DNA of 64,000 bases from Escherichia phage REP4: the sequence record OQ174503.1. The stretch is one strand, 5' to 3'. The position numbers were made by a program, and so were the translations under genes. This document shows positions 39,820-49,673 of this stretch, in pieces. The notes under the pieces were generated by a model, which saw only the letters and a list, made by a program, of their open reading frames with translations, was not told the DNA's origin and did not search any database. How positions within the stretch are numbered: position 1 is the first letter of the stretch; every line of letters begins with the position of its first letter.

Positions 39820-40128
39820 TTATAGCGTAATCCATTCTCGTACTGTCTGAGTTACTACACGTTCTCGAGGTTCGACTAGTTCAACAGTCGGAACTGCATA
39901 ATACCAGTCAGAATGGTAAGAACCTGAGCGAGATTCATTTACAGCCACATGAACATTGTGTTTTGGACTAAAATAAACACATTGCCGATATTGGCATTTG
40001 CCATCTTGTACCCAGTCTTCTATTTCGATAGGTTTAAGATAATCCGAAAAATCGAAATCATAGTTTTCTGAAAATGCATCATGGTCTTCGATTATTTCGC
40101 TCAGAACTGCATCAACATCGTAAATCAT
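39820..40128 (-). CDS. Hypothetical protein (102 aa)
   Basis: ORF track. Confidence 0.5.
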   Translation of the reverse strand: MIYDVDAVLSEIIEDHDAFSENYDFDFSDYLKPIEIEDWVQDGKCQYRQCVYFSPKHNVHVAVNESRSGSYHSDWYYAVPTVELVEPRERVVTQTVREWITL

Positions 40129-40130
40129 AT

Positions 40131-40346
40131 TTACCCCAGTTTAACCATGCAATCGCCATATTTCCATTTAGAAATAGACTTTTCACCATTAGAATAATAA
40201 ACTTCGAGTTTAGCGCGGCCATTTTTAATTTGAATAACTTTTGCTGTCATCAAAGTTCCATACCCATAATAAACTGCAACCTCATCACCCACATATACCG
40301 CGCTTCCACGGTAGTCATGGATATAATCAGTTCCTTCAAGCATCAT
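40131..40346 (-). CDS. Hypothetical protein (71 aa)
   Basis: ORF track. Confidence 0.5.
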   Translation of the reverse strand: MMLEGTDYIHDYRGSAVYVGDEVAVYYGYGTLMTAKVIQIKNGRAKLEVYYSNGEKSISKWKYGDCMVKLG

Positions 40347-40606
40347 TTAAAGTATTCACGCAATTGGTCAAATCCACCAATATGACTTCCGTCAGGAGCA
40401 AATACCTGAGGCATCGTCAATCCGATTTGAGTATCACGACCCAGTTTAGTCAGAAGCTCAGCGATTTTCTCATCATCAAAAACACCTTTTTCCGGCATAA
40501 TGTTGATAAATTCAAACGGCTGTTTCTTCACAGTCAAGAGACGTTTTGCATTATCGCAATACACACATTTGTGGATGTTGCTATCATAACCATATACTTT
40601 AAACAT
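40343..40606 (-). CDS. nrdC: Thioredoxin/glutaredoxin NrdC (87 aa)
   Basis: CVYC active site; 87 aa as T4 thioredoxin. Confidence 0.85.
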   Translation of the reverse strand: MFKVYGYDSNIHKCVYCDNAKRLLTVKKQPFEFINIMPEKGVFDDEKIAELLTKLGRDTQIGLTMPQVFAPDGSHIGGFDQLREYFK

Positions 40607-40607
40607 A

Positions 40608-40865
40608 TTATTCCTTAATTCCTAGTACTTGTTTAAAAGTCTCGTCATAATCAAGACTTTGGCCCGTTTGTTCTTTATGTTTGTATATAATATCACTTAC
40701 TTCTGATAGCATATTTTTATATGAACGAGTTAAAGCAGATTTAAGCACGCTGTATCTATCAGGAAATTTACCATGTTCATTATAATAAGCTATTGCTAAT
40801 TCACGGACTGCTTTTTCAGCAATCTCCATATATTCTTTACGCTTTTTCATTTTCTTCTCGGTCAA
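40608..40865 (-). CDS. Hypothetical protein (85 aa)
   Basis: ORF track. Confidence 0.5.
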   Translation of the reverse strand: MTEKKMKKRKEYMEIAEKAVRELAIAYYNEHGKFPDRYSVLKSALTRSYKNMLSEVSDIIYKHKEQTGQSLDYDETFKQVLGIKE

Positions 40866-41154
40866 ATCGATGTTTACAATGACGACATTTATAACGAAGA
40901 TTACTAGTCTGCCAATGAACTAATTGTACCTGTTCAGTACCACATTTTGGGCAGTTCGGAACATTCTTAGAAGCCCTTTCGCGGCGTTCAACCATAGCCA
41001 TAATAGCATCCCAGGCTGGAGGTTTAAAATCTAAATCGTCACAACCATGAATCTTTCCACGCATTTCTAAATCGTCTTCTTCACCATCCATAATAATTTT
41101 AATTAGACTGGAATTACTTGAAGCTGCAATATCTTCTAATAAGCGCTTTTTCAT
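40837..41154 (-). CDS. Zinc-ribbon protein (105 aa)
   Basis: CPKCG...CRHCKH. Confidence 0.5.
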   Translation of the reverse strand: MKKRLLEDIAASSNSSLIKIIMDGEEDDLEMRGKIHGCDDLDFKPPAWDAIMAMVERRERASKNVPNCPKCGTEQVQLVHWQTSNLRYKCRHCKHRFDREENEKA

Positions 41155-42083
41155 TTCAATACCTCAATAGCATTTCGTAAACCGTCAGCTTTTGCATTCA
41201 GAGCTTTTAATGATTTAGTTTGTTCTGCAATCCGGGCTTCGACTTCTTTCAGACGAGATTTGAGATATTCGCGTTCTTCTCTTAAGTTATCAACTTTTTC
41301 TGCTTTAGGCTCTTTAATAGGCTTAGGCTTATACTCATTAGGGTTCTTCAACTTAATTTGAATGTGAGAACTGTATAACATTGAACCATTATCTTCGGTT
41401 TCATCATACGTTTCTACTACGTCCATGATTCTTAACATCATGCGAAGTTTATAAGACAGCGAACGAATGGTTTTGTTGCGCTTATTAATTTCTTCGGCTT
41501 TCATGGTACCGAGATTACGTGAGTAGTAATAAGGAACCTGGATATCAATTGATAATGATGCGTTACCATTACCGGTTGGTTTGAATACTGCAGTAACCCA
41601 ATCTTTAACATGAACTTTATTTGTACGATCATCGCCGCCTGTGAATAATTTACGTGAATGTTTAAAAAGCATATTCACTTGGTTATTGAATTCACAAGCA
41701 AATTTATCAGCAAATTTAGTTTCAGGAATGGTAGATAACCAATCAGCTAAATGGGTCTTTTTAACATCGTTAACAATAGTAAATTCAACCAAATCAGTTA
41801 TAGATGTCGCAGATTTAATGAAGCTTGGCTTCATAAAGTTTTTAATGTTATCGCGAGCTACAGTAGAAGATAACATACGAGAACGTTTAAACCATTCAAG
41901 CAAATTGCCTAACGAATGAGAATAAGCGTTTTGAGTATCTTTACAGATATGATTTTCCTGGCCAACATATTGAAGGAAATCACGAAGAATATTATTGATT
42001 ACTGCTCTGTGCCCGATTTGATAATTACGGTGTTTAGTAATAAGACTGTCAAAATAATCAATATAATGTTTACGAGTTTTCAT
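41151..42083 (-). CDS. Coiled-coil-tailed protein, paralog family member 1 (310 aa)
   Basis: C-terminal heptad-rich segment [45 protein letters not shown]. Confidence 0.6.
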   Translation of the reverse strand: MKTRKHYIDYFDSLITKHRNYQIGHRAVINNILRDFLQYVGQENHICKDTQNAYSHSLGNLLEWFKRSRMLSSTVARDNIKNFMKPSFIKSATSITDLVEFTIVNDVKKTHLADWLSTIPETKFADKFACEFNNQVNMLFKHSRKLFTGGDDRTNKVHVKDWVTAVFKPTGNGNASLSIDIQVPYYYSRNLGTMKAEEINKRNKTIRSLSYKLRMMLRIMDVVETYDETEDNGSMLYSSHIQIKLKNPNEYKPKPIKEPKAEKVDNLREEREYLKSRLKEVEARIAEQTKSLKALNAKADGLRNAIEVLK

Positions 42084-42135
42084 GTTCTTCTCACTTGGTT
42101 AATGATTTATACTCCGAGCCATCCTTGGCTTTAAA

Positions 42136-43137
42136 TTACTTAATTAACTGTAAAGCTTGTTCAAGACGATCCAAGCGATTAACAGATTCTTCCCAAATCC
42201 TTTTAGCCTTCTCATATTCTTTCTGTGCTTTATTAGAAATTTCTAGAACTTCCTTATAAGCTTTTTCTAATGCAATAACTTCTGGACGAATTTCTACCGG
42301 TTTAGGCGAATCATCAAGATTATCCATTAGTTCCTCAAGGGTAGTTTCTTCTTTAGGAGTATTCACAATTTCATCACATTTTTGTTGGTAAATTTCTTTA
42401 TCAGTCGGTGAGTACGTACGTTTCACTTCACGAAGGCTAATTATAATTTTATATCCTTCCCAACCACACATATTTTTGAAAGGATATGTATGAATACTTT
42501 TTACGGTTTCCATACAGCCCAAAGCCGCCTCTAATTGATAAGTTATAGTGCTAGCAATTGAGAAAAATTTATTAATATTCTTTTGGTTAGCGTTTGGTGT
42601 AAAAAATCCATAATTCACAAAAATAGCTACTTTATTTTTATCAAGCTCATATTCTTTTACGATAACCATATCAGAAGCCAAAGGATGAATTTGACGATAA
42701 TCGCCATAACATAATTTAGAAGCTGATTTTAGAATCTGTCCTTTGAAAAGCCTGAAATTACTAATCCAACGACGAGTAAAAATATTCTCAGGGTCTTCTT
42801 TATTATTAAGATGATAAGAATTAACATCACCGAACCAATTATATCCTACTACATCTTTAGTTCGTTTAATTTCTTTCCCAAATTTACCAAGAATATCTCT
42901 GTTGACTAAGTATGAAAGAAGACGAGACCCTTTAAAGGTTTTCTTAATGTCATCTTTATCTGTACGACTAGAAATTTCACGAACTTCGTGAATAAATCTG
43001 CTGGAAGAAACAATGCTTACATCAATATTATTGAGCCATTGATTGATAATAGAAAGAACACTATTCTGACTAGACTTAGGTTTAACTTTATCATCAATAA
43101 CGCTATTGAATGATTTGATATATTCGTTACGAGTCAT
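42136..43137 (-). CDS. Coiled-coil-tailed protein, member 2 (333 aa from ATG at 43137)
   Basis: C-terminal EKAYKEVLEISNKAQKEYEKAKRIWEESVNRLDRLEQALQLIK; GAGGAG Shine-Dalgarno. Confidence 0.6.
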   Translation of the reverse strand: MTRNEYIKSFNSVIDDKVKPKSSQNSVLSIINQWLNNIDVSIVSSSRFIHEVREISSRTDKDDIKKTFKGSRLLSYLVNRDILGKFGKEIKRTKDVVGYNWFGDVNSYHLNNKEDPENIFTRRWISNFRLFKGQILKSASKLCYGDYRQIHPLASDMVIVKEYELDKNKVAIFVNYGFFTPNANQKNINKFFSIASTITYQLEAALGCMETVKSIHTYPFKNMCGWEGYKIIISLREVKRTYSPTDKEIYQQKCDEIVNTPKEETTLEELMDNLDDSPKPVEIRPEVIALEKAYKEVLEISNKAQKEYEKAKRIWEESVNRLDRLEQALQLIK

Positions 43138-43165
43138 ATTAATCTCCTCAGTAGAAAGTAAGAAC

Positions 43166-43195
43166 ATTATACCACATCCTTGTGGCAAAGTAAAC
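43166..43195 (-). promoter_or_regulatory. T4 early-type promoter with extended -10; spacer holds palindrome CCACA-TCCT-TGTGG
   Basis: attatacc at 43166-43173, gtaaac at 43190-43195, 18-nt spacer. Confidence 0.55.
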
Positions 43196-44217
43196 TAGTT
43201 CAGTGCATTTAGTGCATTGTTCAGTTTAGAACGTTGCTTCGTGAGATTTTTGACTTTTTCTTGAGCTTTTTCTAGCATCTTTTCAGCTTCTAACACTTCA
43301 TTAGTTGCTTTAACGAGTTCATCATCTACTGCCTTGATAGACTTCTCAATCGCATCCGCGTGCCATTTTTCAACAGGTTTAAGACTCGGATTTTCAACAG
43401 GAAGAAAATTCGCTTTATTGAATTTCCATGCATCCTTATTACCTGAACTATACATCCAAAATTTAGGATCGTTTGATGAGTAATTGGATAAATTTAAGAT
43501 ATCTTGCACTTCTTGCTTTTTCTCTTGCGTGACTTCGTCCTTTCTCAAAAAATCGTATTTAAATGAAACGATCATATCAAGTTCATACGTTGTTGTGTCT
43601 AATTTAAATCGTTCAAAACGAGGTAAAATCTTAGACTGAACAGCGGCAACAACATCCATATACTTAAATGCTTCTGTCAACTGCGATTTAAGGCATTCGC
43701 AAATTGAAAGAGAATTTTTTGTATTAGGTTTAAAGCTAATTCGTGCAGTTCTATTATTTTCTTTTAATGGTCTTACTTCCATCTGAAGAGTATAACCATC
43801 AAATTTCAGATTCTTTAAGTTAATATCAGAACCTTTTAATCGACTCGCAGTTGATAAAATTTGCTTTAATTGTCTACGGAACAGAGCAATAAATCTCCAT
43901 TCAATACGATAATGATTTGGATTGAAAAATCCAGATGATAAATCGACCTTACTTTGACCAACGCCTTGAACAAATAGAGGATTTTTATAATCAATAGTTT
44001 TACAGAAATCGGTGAGCTGCTCACGGGCCGTCATTTGTGTAATATACCCTGCTTTACTAAAATTACGCACCCATTCACTGCTATTCGTATACTTAAAGTG
44101 ATGAATAACACGATTAACTTTATCAGGGTCTAAATTATTTTCACACAAAAATGTCATAACATCACGAGTATAGCTGGCATTACGAACCATATCTTCAATT
44201 TGAGAACGAGTTTTCAT
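43195..44217 (-). CDS. Coiled-coil-tailed protein, member 3 (340 aa)
   Basis: N-terminus MKTR as member 1; C-terminal VDDELVKATNEVLEAEKMLEKAQEKVKNLTKQRSKLNNALNALN. Confidence 0.6.
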   Translation of the reverse strand: MKTRSQIEDMVRNASYTRDVMTFLCENNLDPDKVNRVIHHFKYTNSSEWVRNFSKAGYITQMTAREQLTDFCKTIDYKNPLFVQGVGQSKVDLSSGFFNPNHYRIEWRFIALFRRQLKQILSTASRLKGSDINLKNLKFDGYTLQMEVRPLKENNRTARISFKPNTKNSLSICECLKSQLTEAFKYMDVVAAVQSKILPRFERFKLDTTTYELDMIVSFKYDFLRKDEVTQEKKQEVQDILNLSNYSSNDPKFWMYSSGNKDAWKFNKANFLPVENPSLKPVEKWHADAIEKSIKAVDDELVKATNEVLEAEKMLEKAQEKVKNLTKQRSKLNNALNALN

Positions 44218-44225
44218 GGTATTCC

Positions 44226-45152
44226 TTAAGATTTAAGTAAATCAACGATTTTAATTAACTTTTCACGCTCAGATTTAGCTTTACTACTCAATCCAGATAG
44301 TCTGAAAATTTCATCGTCATATTGTTGAATAGAAATATTCAGCTCTTCAATTTGCTTATTAAAATAATCAATTTGTTCAGAATGTTTTTCGTTACTACGA
44401 ACTGGTACAGGTTTTGTAGGCAATTTAGTTGAACTGGATTCATCCGGGCGATAAATTAAAATACAACTTGAACCAATAGGGCATTTTGCACCAGATGAAT
44501 ATTCTAATGTTCCAGCTTCTTTTAAAACTTCAAAAGCCAAACAGAGATGATGCCCCATATTAACATAATCTGTAGAGTGAGCTCTGATGTAATAATCATC
44601 TCCGCGAATACTGAATTTAAAGCATTTAAGGTCTTCTGTATTATTGGTCTTAAAAATCATTTGTTTATCTAGACCTTTAGCTAATCGAGCGCCTAATGCT
44701 AATAATCGTCGTTGATTTTCCCACAAATCCGTTATCATTTGATCGAATGATAATTTTGGCATTAGTCGACCATAAAGGTCATATCCTTTATTATAATTAC
44801 GAAGGATTTCGCTCGCATTAATACGAGACAACGCTCCAATTTTATTAAGGGCTTTCATAATGCGATTAGATAAACTCATTCCAGACCCGGTTGTTCGCTG
44901 CAAATGTTTTTCTAATCCAAATCCAATATCAACTTTAAACTTATCTAAAATTTCTGCATGAACATCTTTGTCGATAACATTCAAATCCAAAGTTGGGTTA
45001 AATCTATGAAAAAATTTATCTGGCTCTCCACGGCGAAGTACAGTCCATTCATTCATCGTTTTTTTATTAACTAATGATTTAATTACTGCATTGACATTAT
45101 TAATTACTACTGACATATTTTCCTCACTCAATTTCAATTTTACTAAATACAC
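44226..45152 (-). CDS. Coiled-coil-tailed protein, member 4 (308 aa)
   Basis: C-terminal QIDYFNKQIEELNISIQQYDDEIFRLSGLSSKAKSEREKLIKIVDLLKS. Confidence 0.6.
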   Translation of the reverse strand: MYLVKLKLSEENMSVVINNVNAVIKSLVNKKTMNEWTVLRRGEPDKFFHRFNPTLDLNVIDKDVHAEILDKFKVDIGFGLEKHLQRTTGSGMSLSNRIMKALNKIGALSRINASEILRNYNKGYDLYGRLMPKLSFDQMITDLWENQRRLLALGARLAKGLDKQMIFKTNNTEDLKCFKFSIRGDDYYIRAHSTDYVNMGHHLCLAFEVLKEAGTLEYSSGAKCPIGSSCILIYRPDESSSTKLPTKPVPVRSNEKHSEQIDYFNKQIEELNISIQQYDDEIFRLSGLSSKAKSEREKLIKIVDLLKS

Positions 45153-45531
45153 AGAATATGATTGAACAGACTACATAAGCGCCACACACGGATTGAACTA
45201 ATACCATCCCAAAGAACCAAACAATATTATCAAACAGTGTCTGTTTTACGTCGAAAGGACGTAAACTTACAGTAATATTATCACCCTTTTCTATTGAAGA
45301 ATACATCTCTGGGGAAATATATTCACTAAATCTATAACCGTCTTTAAGTTCATATACGGCAATAAACGATAAACTAGACCCTTTTCCTTGTGTTCCTGTA
45401 ATGGTATTAACTACAGTAACATCATAATCTTTATAATGCATATAATCATTAATTGCGTAATAACCGTATGCAACTACTACACATAAACAACATATCAATA
45501 AATTCAATCTTTTAATTATCAACTGTTTCAT
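45124..45531 (-). CDS. Membrane protein (135 aa)
   Basis: N- and C-terminal hydrophobic helices. Confidence 0.55.
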   Translation of the reverse strand: MKQLIIKRLNLLICCLCVVVAYGYYAINDYMHYKDYDVTVVNTITGTQGKGSSLSFIAVYELKDGYRFSEYISPEMYSSIEKGDNITVSLRPFDVKQTLFDNIVWFFGMVLVQSVCGAYVVCSIIFCVFSKIEIE

Positions 45532-45589
45532 AATAATAATCTCAATTAAAAGGGCTTAGAACCATTATACCATCCTTGGTATAAAGCGG

Positions 45590-46117
45590 TTATGCGAGTA
45601 CCGTCTTTAACCGTTCTTCAAACTTCCGAAGAGTATTTTGGCGTTCAGCTCTTTGCTTTTTGTAAGTTTCAATACGCTCTGAAATGAGAGAGTATCGTTC
45701 ATTTACTGATTCTTTCATAAAATCAGGAATTTCACGAGAAGCTTTAATCTCATCAAATTTATCAATAACAGCTTGCTCTTCAGCAATTAAGTTATCATAC
45801 ATTAAAATATCTTTCTTGATGAACTCAATATCTTCTTGAGTTACACGAGATAATTTAGATGCTTTATCCTTTTTGTACTGTTCGTTAGTATCACGAGACC
45901 AGTGTAATGTACGATTTTTATTCGTATTTTTGTAAATTTCGACAATACCAATCTCATCAATAATAACGATCCAATTCCAACGGGATTTGTAAATTTGTCC
46001 TCCATCAACAGTGATTTCACCTCCGATTGAGATGTCGTTAAAGAACTTACTCTGTGCTTCAGATTTAAATTTACCATCGTTGTAATTTACCAGGTTGAAA
46101 ATATCTTTAGCGTTCAT
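45590..46117 (-). CDS. Hypothetical protein (175 aa from ATG at 46117)
   Basis: ORF track trimmed; GGAGG Shine-Dalgarno. Confidence 0.55.
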   Translation of the reverse strand: MNAKDIFNLVNYNDGKFKSEAQSKFFNDISIGGEITVDGGQIYKSRWNWIVIIDEIGIVEIYKNTNKNRTLHWSRDTNEQYKKDKASKLSRVTQEDIEFIKKDILMYDNLIAEEQAVIDKFDEIKASREIPDFMKESVNERYSLISERIETYKKQRAERQNTLRKFEERLKTVLA

Positions 46118-46174
46118 TTTTGTTCCTCCGTAGTTGATAGTTGTATAGTACCACAGAGGAACAGTCTTGTAAAC
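46118..46174 (-). repeat. Partial promoter cassette copy (GTTTAC at 46169-46174, TGGTACTAT -10)
   Basis: Shares gttgatagttgtatagtacca core with full copies. Confidence 0.5.
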
Positions 46175-46176
46175 CA

Positions 46177-46491
46177 CTAAAAGAAACTTCTTTCACAATT
46201 TTTTCCACTGAACCATGCGCTCACTGCTTTCTTAGTCTCAGGAGCAGTGTTATCCATAAACCATTCAAAGGCAGCCTTTTTATGATTCTGGAGGGCTTCT
46301 CGGGCTTTAATCTGCTCACGGTCTATTAACACTAACATATGAGCCTTTCTTGTCACCATGGGCTTCTTATGATTTTTTGAATACTCCCAATCATTTGTCC
46401 ATCGCATCGTTGTTGCGAACTGAAATACTGCTTCTTTAATTTTAGTTTCGTAAATTTCACGAGCCTTTGAGTATAACATCACTACCTCCAT
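46177..46491 (-). CDS. Hypothetical protein (104 aa)
   Basis: ORF track. Confidence 0.5.
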   Translation of the reverse strand: MEVVMLYSKAREIYETKIKEAVFQFATTMRWTNDWEYSKNHKKPMVTRKAHMLVLIDREQIKAREALQNHKKAAFEWFMDNTAPETKKAVSAWFSGKNCERSFF

Positions 46492-46580
46492 TCACCAGTT
46501 TAATTCTAGTCATCTTTTTAATGGCAGTCCATATAATCTATTTCTGAACTGCCTTTTTGTCATAGAAGTCCTCTTATGAA

Positions 46581-47549
46581 TTATTTCAGAAGAGTAACCT
46601 CAGCAATTTCTTCCCAACCGTTTTTGTCGGTCATAATAAAGTCAGCAAGATAAAGAGCAGTACGCAGTGAAACATTGCGTAAACGGTTAACATTAACTTT
46701 CATCCATGATAATGCTTTATAAGTTTCTTCATCAGAAAGACCACGCTTTTGCATCATGTCAGTTGAAAGAATAACATCTTCAACCCTGACCATAATTTCT
46801 TCATTAGTGTGAACACCCAAATCCAAATAAACCGAGCGGGACACTAATGCTTGTAAATGTGGAGCAAGTTTAGTACCACGGTCTAATTCGCGGTCAATGT
46901 CAACGTTTGTGATAAAAACAATCGTTCCTTTAAATTCAAACTCACGCTCAATGCCTTTTTCTTCTAAGTAAGAAGACGCAGTGCTCCAGCAGACTTTACG
47001 GATCTCTCCAGTGTCCAGAGCAGCTTTTAGAAGATTAAGAATGTCCATATCAGAGAAAACATCCACATCATCAATCAAAAGGACAGAATTCTCTTCACGA
47101 TTATTCCAAAGCTGCTCATAAAGACCAATACCAGAGATTTTACCATTAATGCTTTTATATTCAATGTATCCATTATCATTTGCTTTATTTAAAGCTTTAT
47201 CTAAAGAATACGTTTTACCAATACCTGCTGCGCCAGAGATAATTAATGAACGAATATTTCCATTAATAATACCATTCGTCATCATTCCCATAACATTAAA
47301 TCTTTTATTAATGCGGGTTTTCATATCTTCATACGATTCTTTAACTTCTTCAACTTTTACACCATCATATGAAATATCTGATTTGTAAACCCAAACACCG
47401 CGACGTTTACCGTCAATTTCAACAAAAACTTTACCATCTCCTTGTGCATCTACCGGAGCATTATCTGGGAACCATTCGCCTAAGAGCTCAAAAGTTCCAG
47501 AGATTTCTTTACCGAAGTAGATACCCTTATTGATAGTTACAGTTTTCAT
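46581..47549 (-). CDS. AAA+ ATPase with N-terminal domain (322 aa from ATG at 47549)
   Basis: Walker A GAAGIGKT, Walker B VLLIDDVD, sensor FITN; start preceded by cassette leader. Confidence 0.7.
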   Translation of the reverse strand: MKTVTINKGIYFGKEISGTFELLGEWFPDNAPVDAQGDGKVFVEIDGKRRGVWVYKSDISYDGVKVEEVKESYEDMKTRINKRFNVMGMMTNGIINGNIRSLIISGAAGIGKTYSLDKALNKANDNGYIEYKSINGKISGIGLYEQLWNNREENSVLLIDDVDVFSDMDILNLLKAALDTGEIRKVCWSTASSYLEEKGIEREFEFKGTIVFITNVDIDRELDRGTKLAPHLQALVSRSVYLDLGVHTNEEIMVRVEDVILSTDMMQKRGLSDEETYKALSWMKVNVNRLRNVSLRTALYLADFIMTDKNGWEEIAEVTLLK

Positions 47550-47650
47550 TTTATTCTCCAAATCCGTATCAGTTGATAGTTGTATAGTACCATAAAGCTT
47601 TATGCCTGTAAACCGTTTTGTGAAAAAAAAAAAAATTTGAAATAAAAAAA
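47550..47650 (-). repeat. Promoter-leader cassette copy (GTTTAC at 47608-47613, TGGTACTAT -10) plus A13 tract
   Basis: ~90% identical to 21050..21140 and 62373..62470. Confidence 0.6.
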
Positions 47651-47652
47651 AG

Positions 47653-47670
47653 GGAGCCCGAAGGCTCCCT
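47653..47670 (-). terminator. UUCG hairpin terminator after nucleotidyltransferase gene
   Basis: Minus GGGAGCC-UUCG-GGCUCCC followed by U8. Confidence 0.75.
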
Positions 47671-47671
47671 A

Positions 47672-48685
47672 TCATTTATAATAACTTCGGTGGTTTTCAA
47701 GATAAACCCTCTCAAGGAAGTCATCCCAGAAACCCATGTCTACTTTTTGCTGCATACCGTTCTTAGAAGCTTCAATGGATGCTGCTTCTACTTGATCGAC
47801 CACATCTTCCAAAAACTCTTGAACAGTTTTAAATGGATGTTTACCCAGCTTCACGTCGAGAATAAATGGAGCGTCTTGAAGTGGATAAACTAAGTCACCA
47901 GTTTTGTAAATTTCCAATAGTTGGAGTCCACCACGGCAAGCATGACTAAGAGCTTTCCAGTCAATGCCCTCATTCGCTTCAGCCTTACGAGCACGTTCGC
48001 CGTATTCAGCATCTAATTTGTTCAGTGACTGCTTAAGCTCAATAAGAGAAAGTGTTGTCTGATATTTACGACCCAACACAGTGTAAAACGTTTGTGGACC
48101 TGTTTTCTCATGATTATGGAATACCCATTCGCAGAACTCGTTCTCTGGAAGACGATGCTTAATATCTTCAACTTTAGTTCGACGTTGCTTAATAGAACCA
48201 TCTTCTTGGTAATCAACCCATTGCTCAGGGATTTGATTAACTACTTTCAATACATCACGTAATGCGGCCAAACGAGAACCCTTAACACCATATTTAGAAG
48301 CTTGCTTGCGAACATATCCTAAATAGGATTTCATGTTAGTTGTATAAAACCGTGAACGATTGTCTTGAATAAACTTCCATACATCAGGCAAATCAGATTT
48401 AACTACCAGTTCAGGTGGAGTGTGGAGCATATCCAATGCTACAGTTTCACCATCTGCTGCTAATTTAAAGAAATATTTAAGACTGTATAGTTCATGGTCA
48501 ATATCATCTTTGGTGTTTTTAGATGATGTGTTGTTAGTGTTTTTACTCATATGCTCTTTAACATTTCCGATAAGAATATCACGAGCAGGAGGAACAAAGA
48601 TTTCTTTAAAATCTACATCAGATTCTGGAGTAGAAGTTCCATAAAGATGACTACCGAAATAGCTTTTCATTACTGTTTTCATCAT
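47672..48685 (-). CDS. Pol-beta superfamily nucleotidyltransferase (337 aa)
   Basis: N-terminal GSHLYGTSTPESDVDF (GS...[DE]hD) with downstream acidic residue; C-terminal helical region. Confidence 0.6.
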   Translation of the reverse strand: MMKTVMKSYFGSHLYGTSTPESDVDFKEIFVPPARDILIGNVKEHMSKNTNNTSSKNTKDDIDHELYSLKYFFKLAADGETVALDMLHTPPELVVKSDLPDVWKFIQDNRSRFYTTNMKSYLGYVRKQASKYGVKGSRLAALRDVLKVVNQIPEQWVDYQEDGSIKQRRTKVEDIKHRLPENEFCEWVFHNHEKTGPQTFYTVLGRKYQTTLSLIELKQSLNKLDAEYGERARKAEANEGIDWKALSHACRGGLQLLEIYKTGDLVYPLQDAPFILDVKLGKHPFKTVQEFLEDVVDQVEAASIEASKNGMQQKVDMGFWDDFLERVYLENHRSYYK

Positions 48686-49143
48686 TCAGCCTTATATTCA
48701 ATAACAGGACATACTTTAGCTTTACGCGCTTTTAAAAATTCGACGATAATAGATTTCTTGGGTTGAATAGGAGGTAAACCTTTATATGCCCTATCAATAT
48801 TTTCTACATGTAAAGCATAATCCTTTTTCCATTTATAATCTTTATATTTTTCATGCAGTTGTGCAGGAATAACAAATGAACCGATAATAAGTAAAACAAG
48901 CAAAATAGCAAGTATAAATGCTGATGGAATAAGAGTCCATAAACTACCAAAAATAAGCCATTTCTGCATGATTTCTGCGCAGATGATAGTTAGACCTGCG
49001 AGTATAGTACATCCGAAAAAAGAAACGAAAAATGTAGGAATAACAATAGACCAAAAATACGCGCACAGTGTCTTAGGTCGTTTCCATTCATCATTAAACA
49101 TTTTGAATAATTTATAGTGCCAAGAGCTTTCATTAATAATCAT
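48682..49143 (-). CDS. Membrane protein (153 aa), coupled to nucleotidyltransferase
   Basis: Three hydrophobic helices; stop overlaps downstream start. Confidence 0.55.
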   Translation of the reverse strand: MIINESSWHYKLFKMFNDEWKRPKTLCAYFWSIVIPTFFVSFFGCTILAGLTIICAEIMQKWLIFGSLWTLIPSAFILAILLVLLIIGSFVIPAQLHEKYKDYKWKKDYALHVENIDRAYKGLPPIQPKKSIIVEFLKARKAKVCPVIEYKAE

Positions 49144-49145
49144 AA

Positions 49146-49667
49146 CTATCCTTTCATTGAAGGTGTAACAGTTGTTAAATACTTAATCATAGCTTCAGCT
49201 TCTGATTTTGATAATGAAATTTCTCCATTGTTTTGACGAATAGAAATAAAATCCGGATGACGATCACCACCAGCCTTTAAAACACACATATAAGTATCAG
49301 TTTCATCTTCAATATTTGAAATGATTGAAGCAGTTCCACATGAATGTGGTTTTTGATAAATCAATGCAGCTTTTCTTCCACCGTTTGACTGTTCATAAAC
49401 TTTTAACACATCAAACAAATCACTTCTTTTATCAATAGCTAAGATGTTGTTTTCATCTTCAATGTTAAATCCTTCGGATACTTCATAAAGTGTCACCCAT
49501 AAATCACCTATATCGATAGTAGCATTTCCTTTTCCACGACTTTCAAGAATATGACAAATTTTCTTGATTTCGTCATAACTCATTTTAATAATATCATCTC
49601 CTTGAATAAGGAAGATGTCATTTTTAAATTCAACACGAATTAAACCGCTTTCACTTGAAATAAACAT
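49146..49667 (-). CDS. Hypothetical protein (173 aa), paralog of 49674..50207
   Basis: C-terminal SKSEAEAMIKYLTTVTPSM matches TKDEAIALKTYLDSVIPTM. Confidence 0.55.
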   Translation of the reverse strand: MFISSESGLIRVEFKNDIFLIQGDDIIKMSYDEIKKICHILESRGKGNATIDIGDLWVTLYEVSEGFNIEDENNILAIDKRSDLFDVLKVYEQSNGGRKAALIYQKPHSCGTASIISNIEDETDTYMCVLKAGGDRHPDFISIRQNNGEISLSKSEAEAMIKYLTTVTPSMKG

Positions 49668-49673
49668 ATTTCC

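Noticed and set aside
46523-46553. Plus-strand hairpin GGCAGT...ACTGCC followed by TTTTTG, a possible plus-strand terminator
   Set aside because: The loop is 19 nt and no plus-strand gene lies upstream; more likely fortuitous or part of a minus-strand leader.
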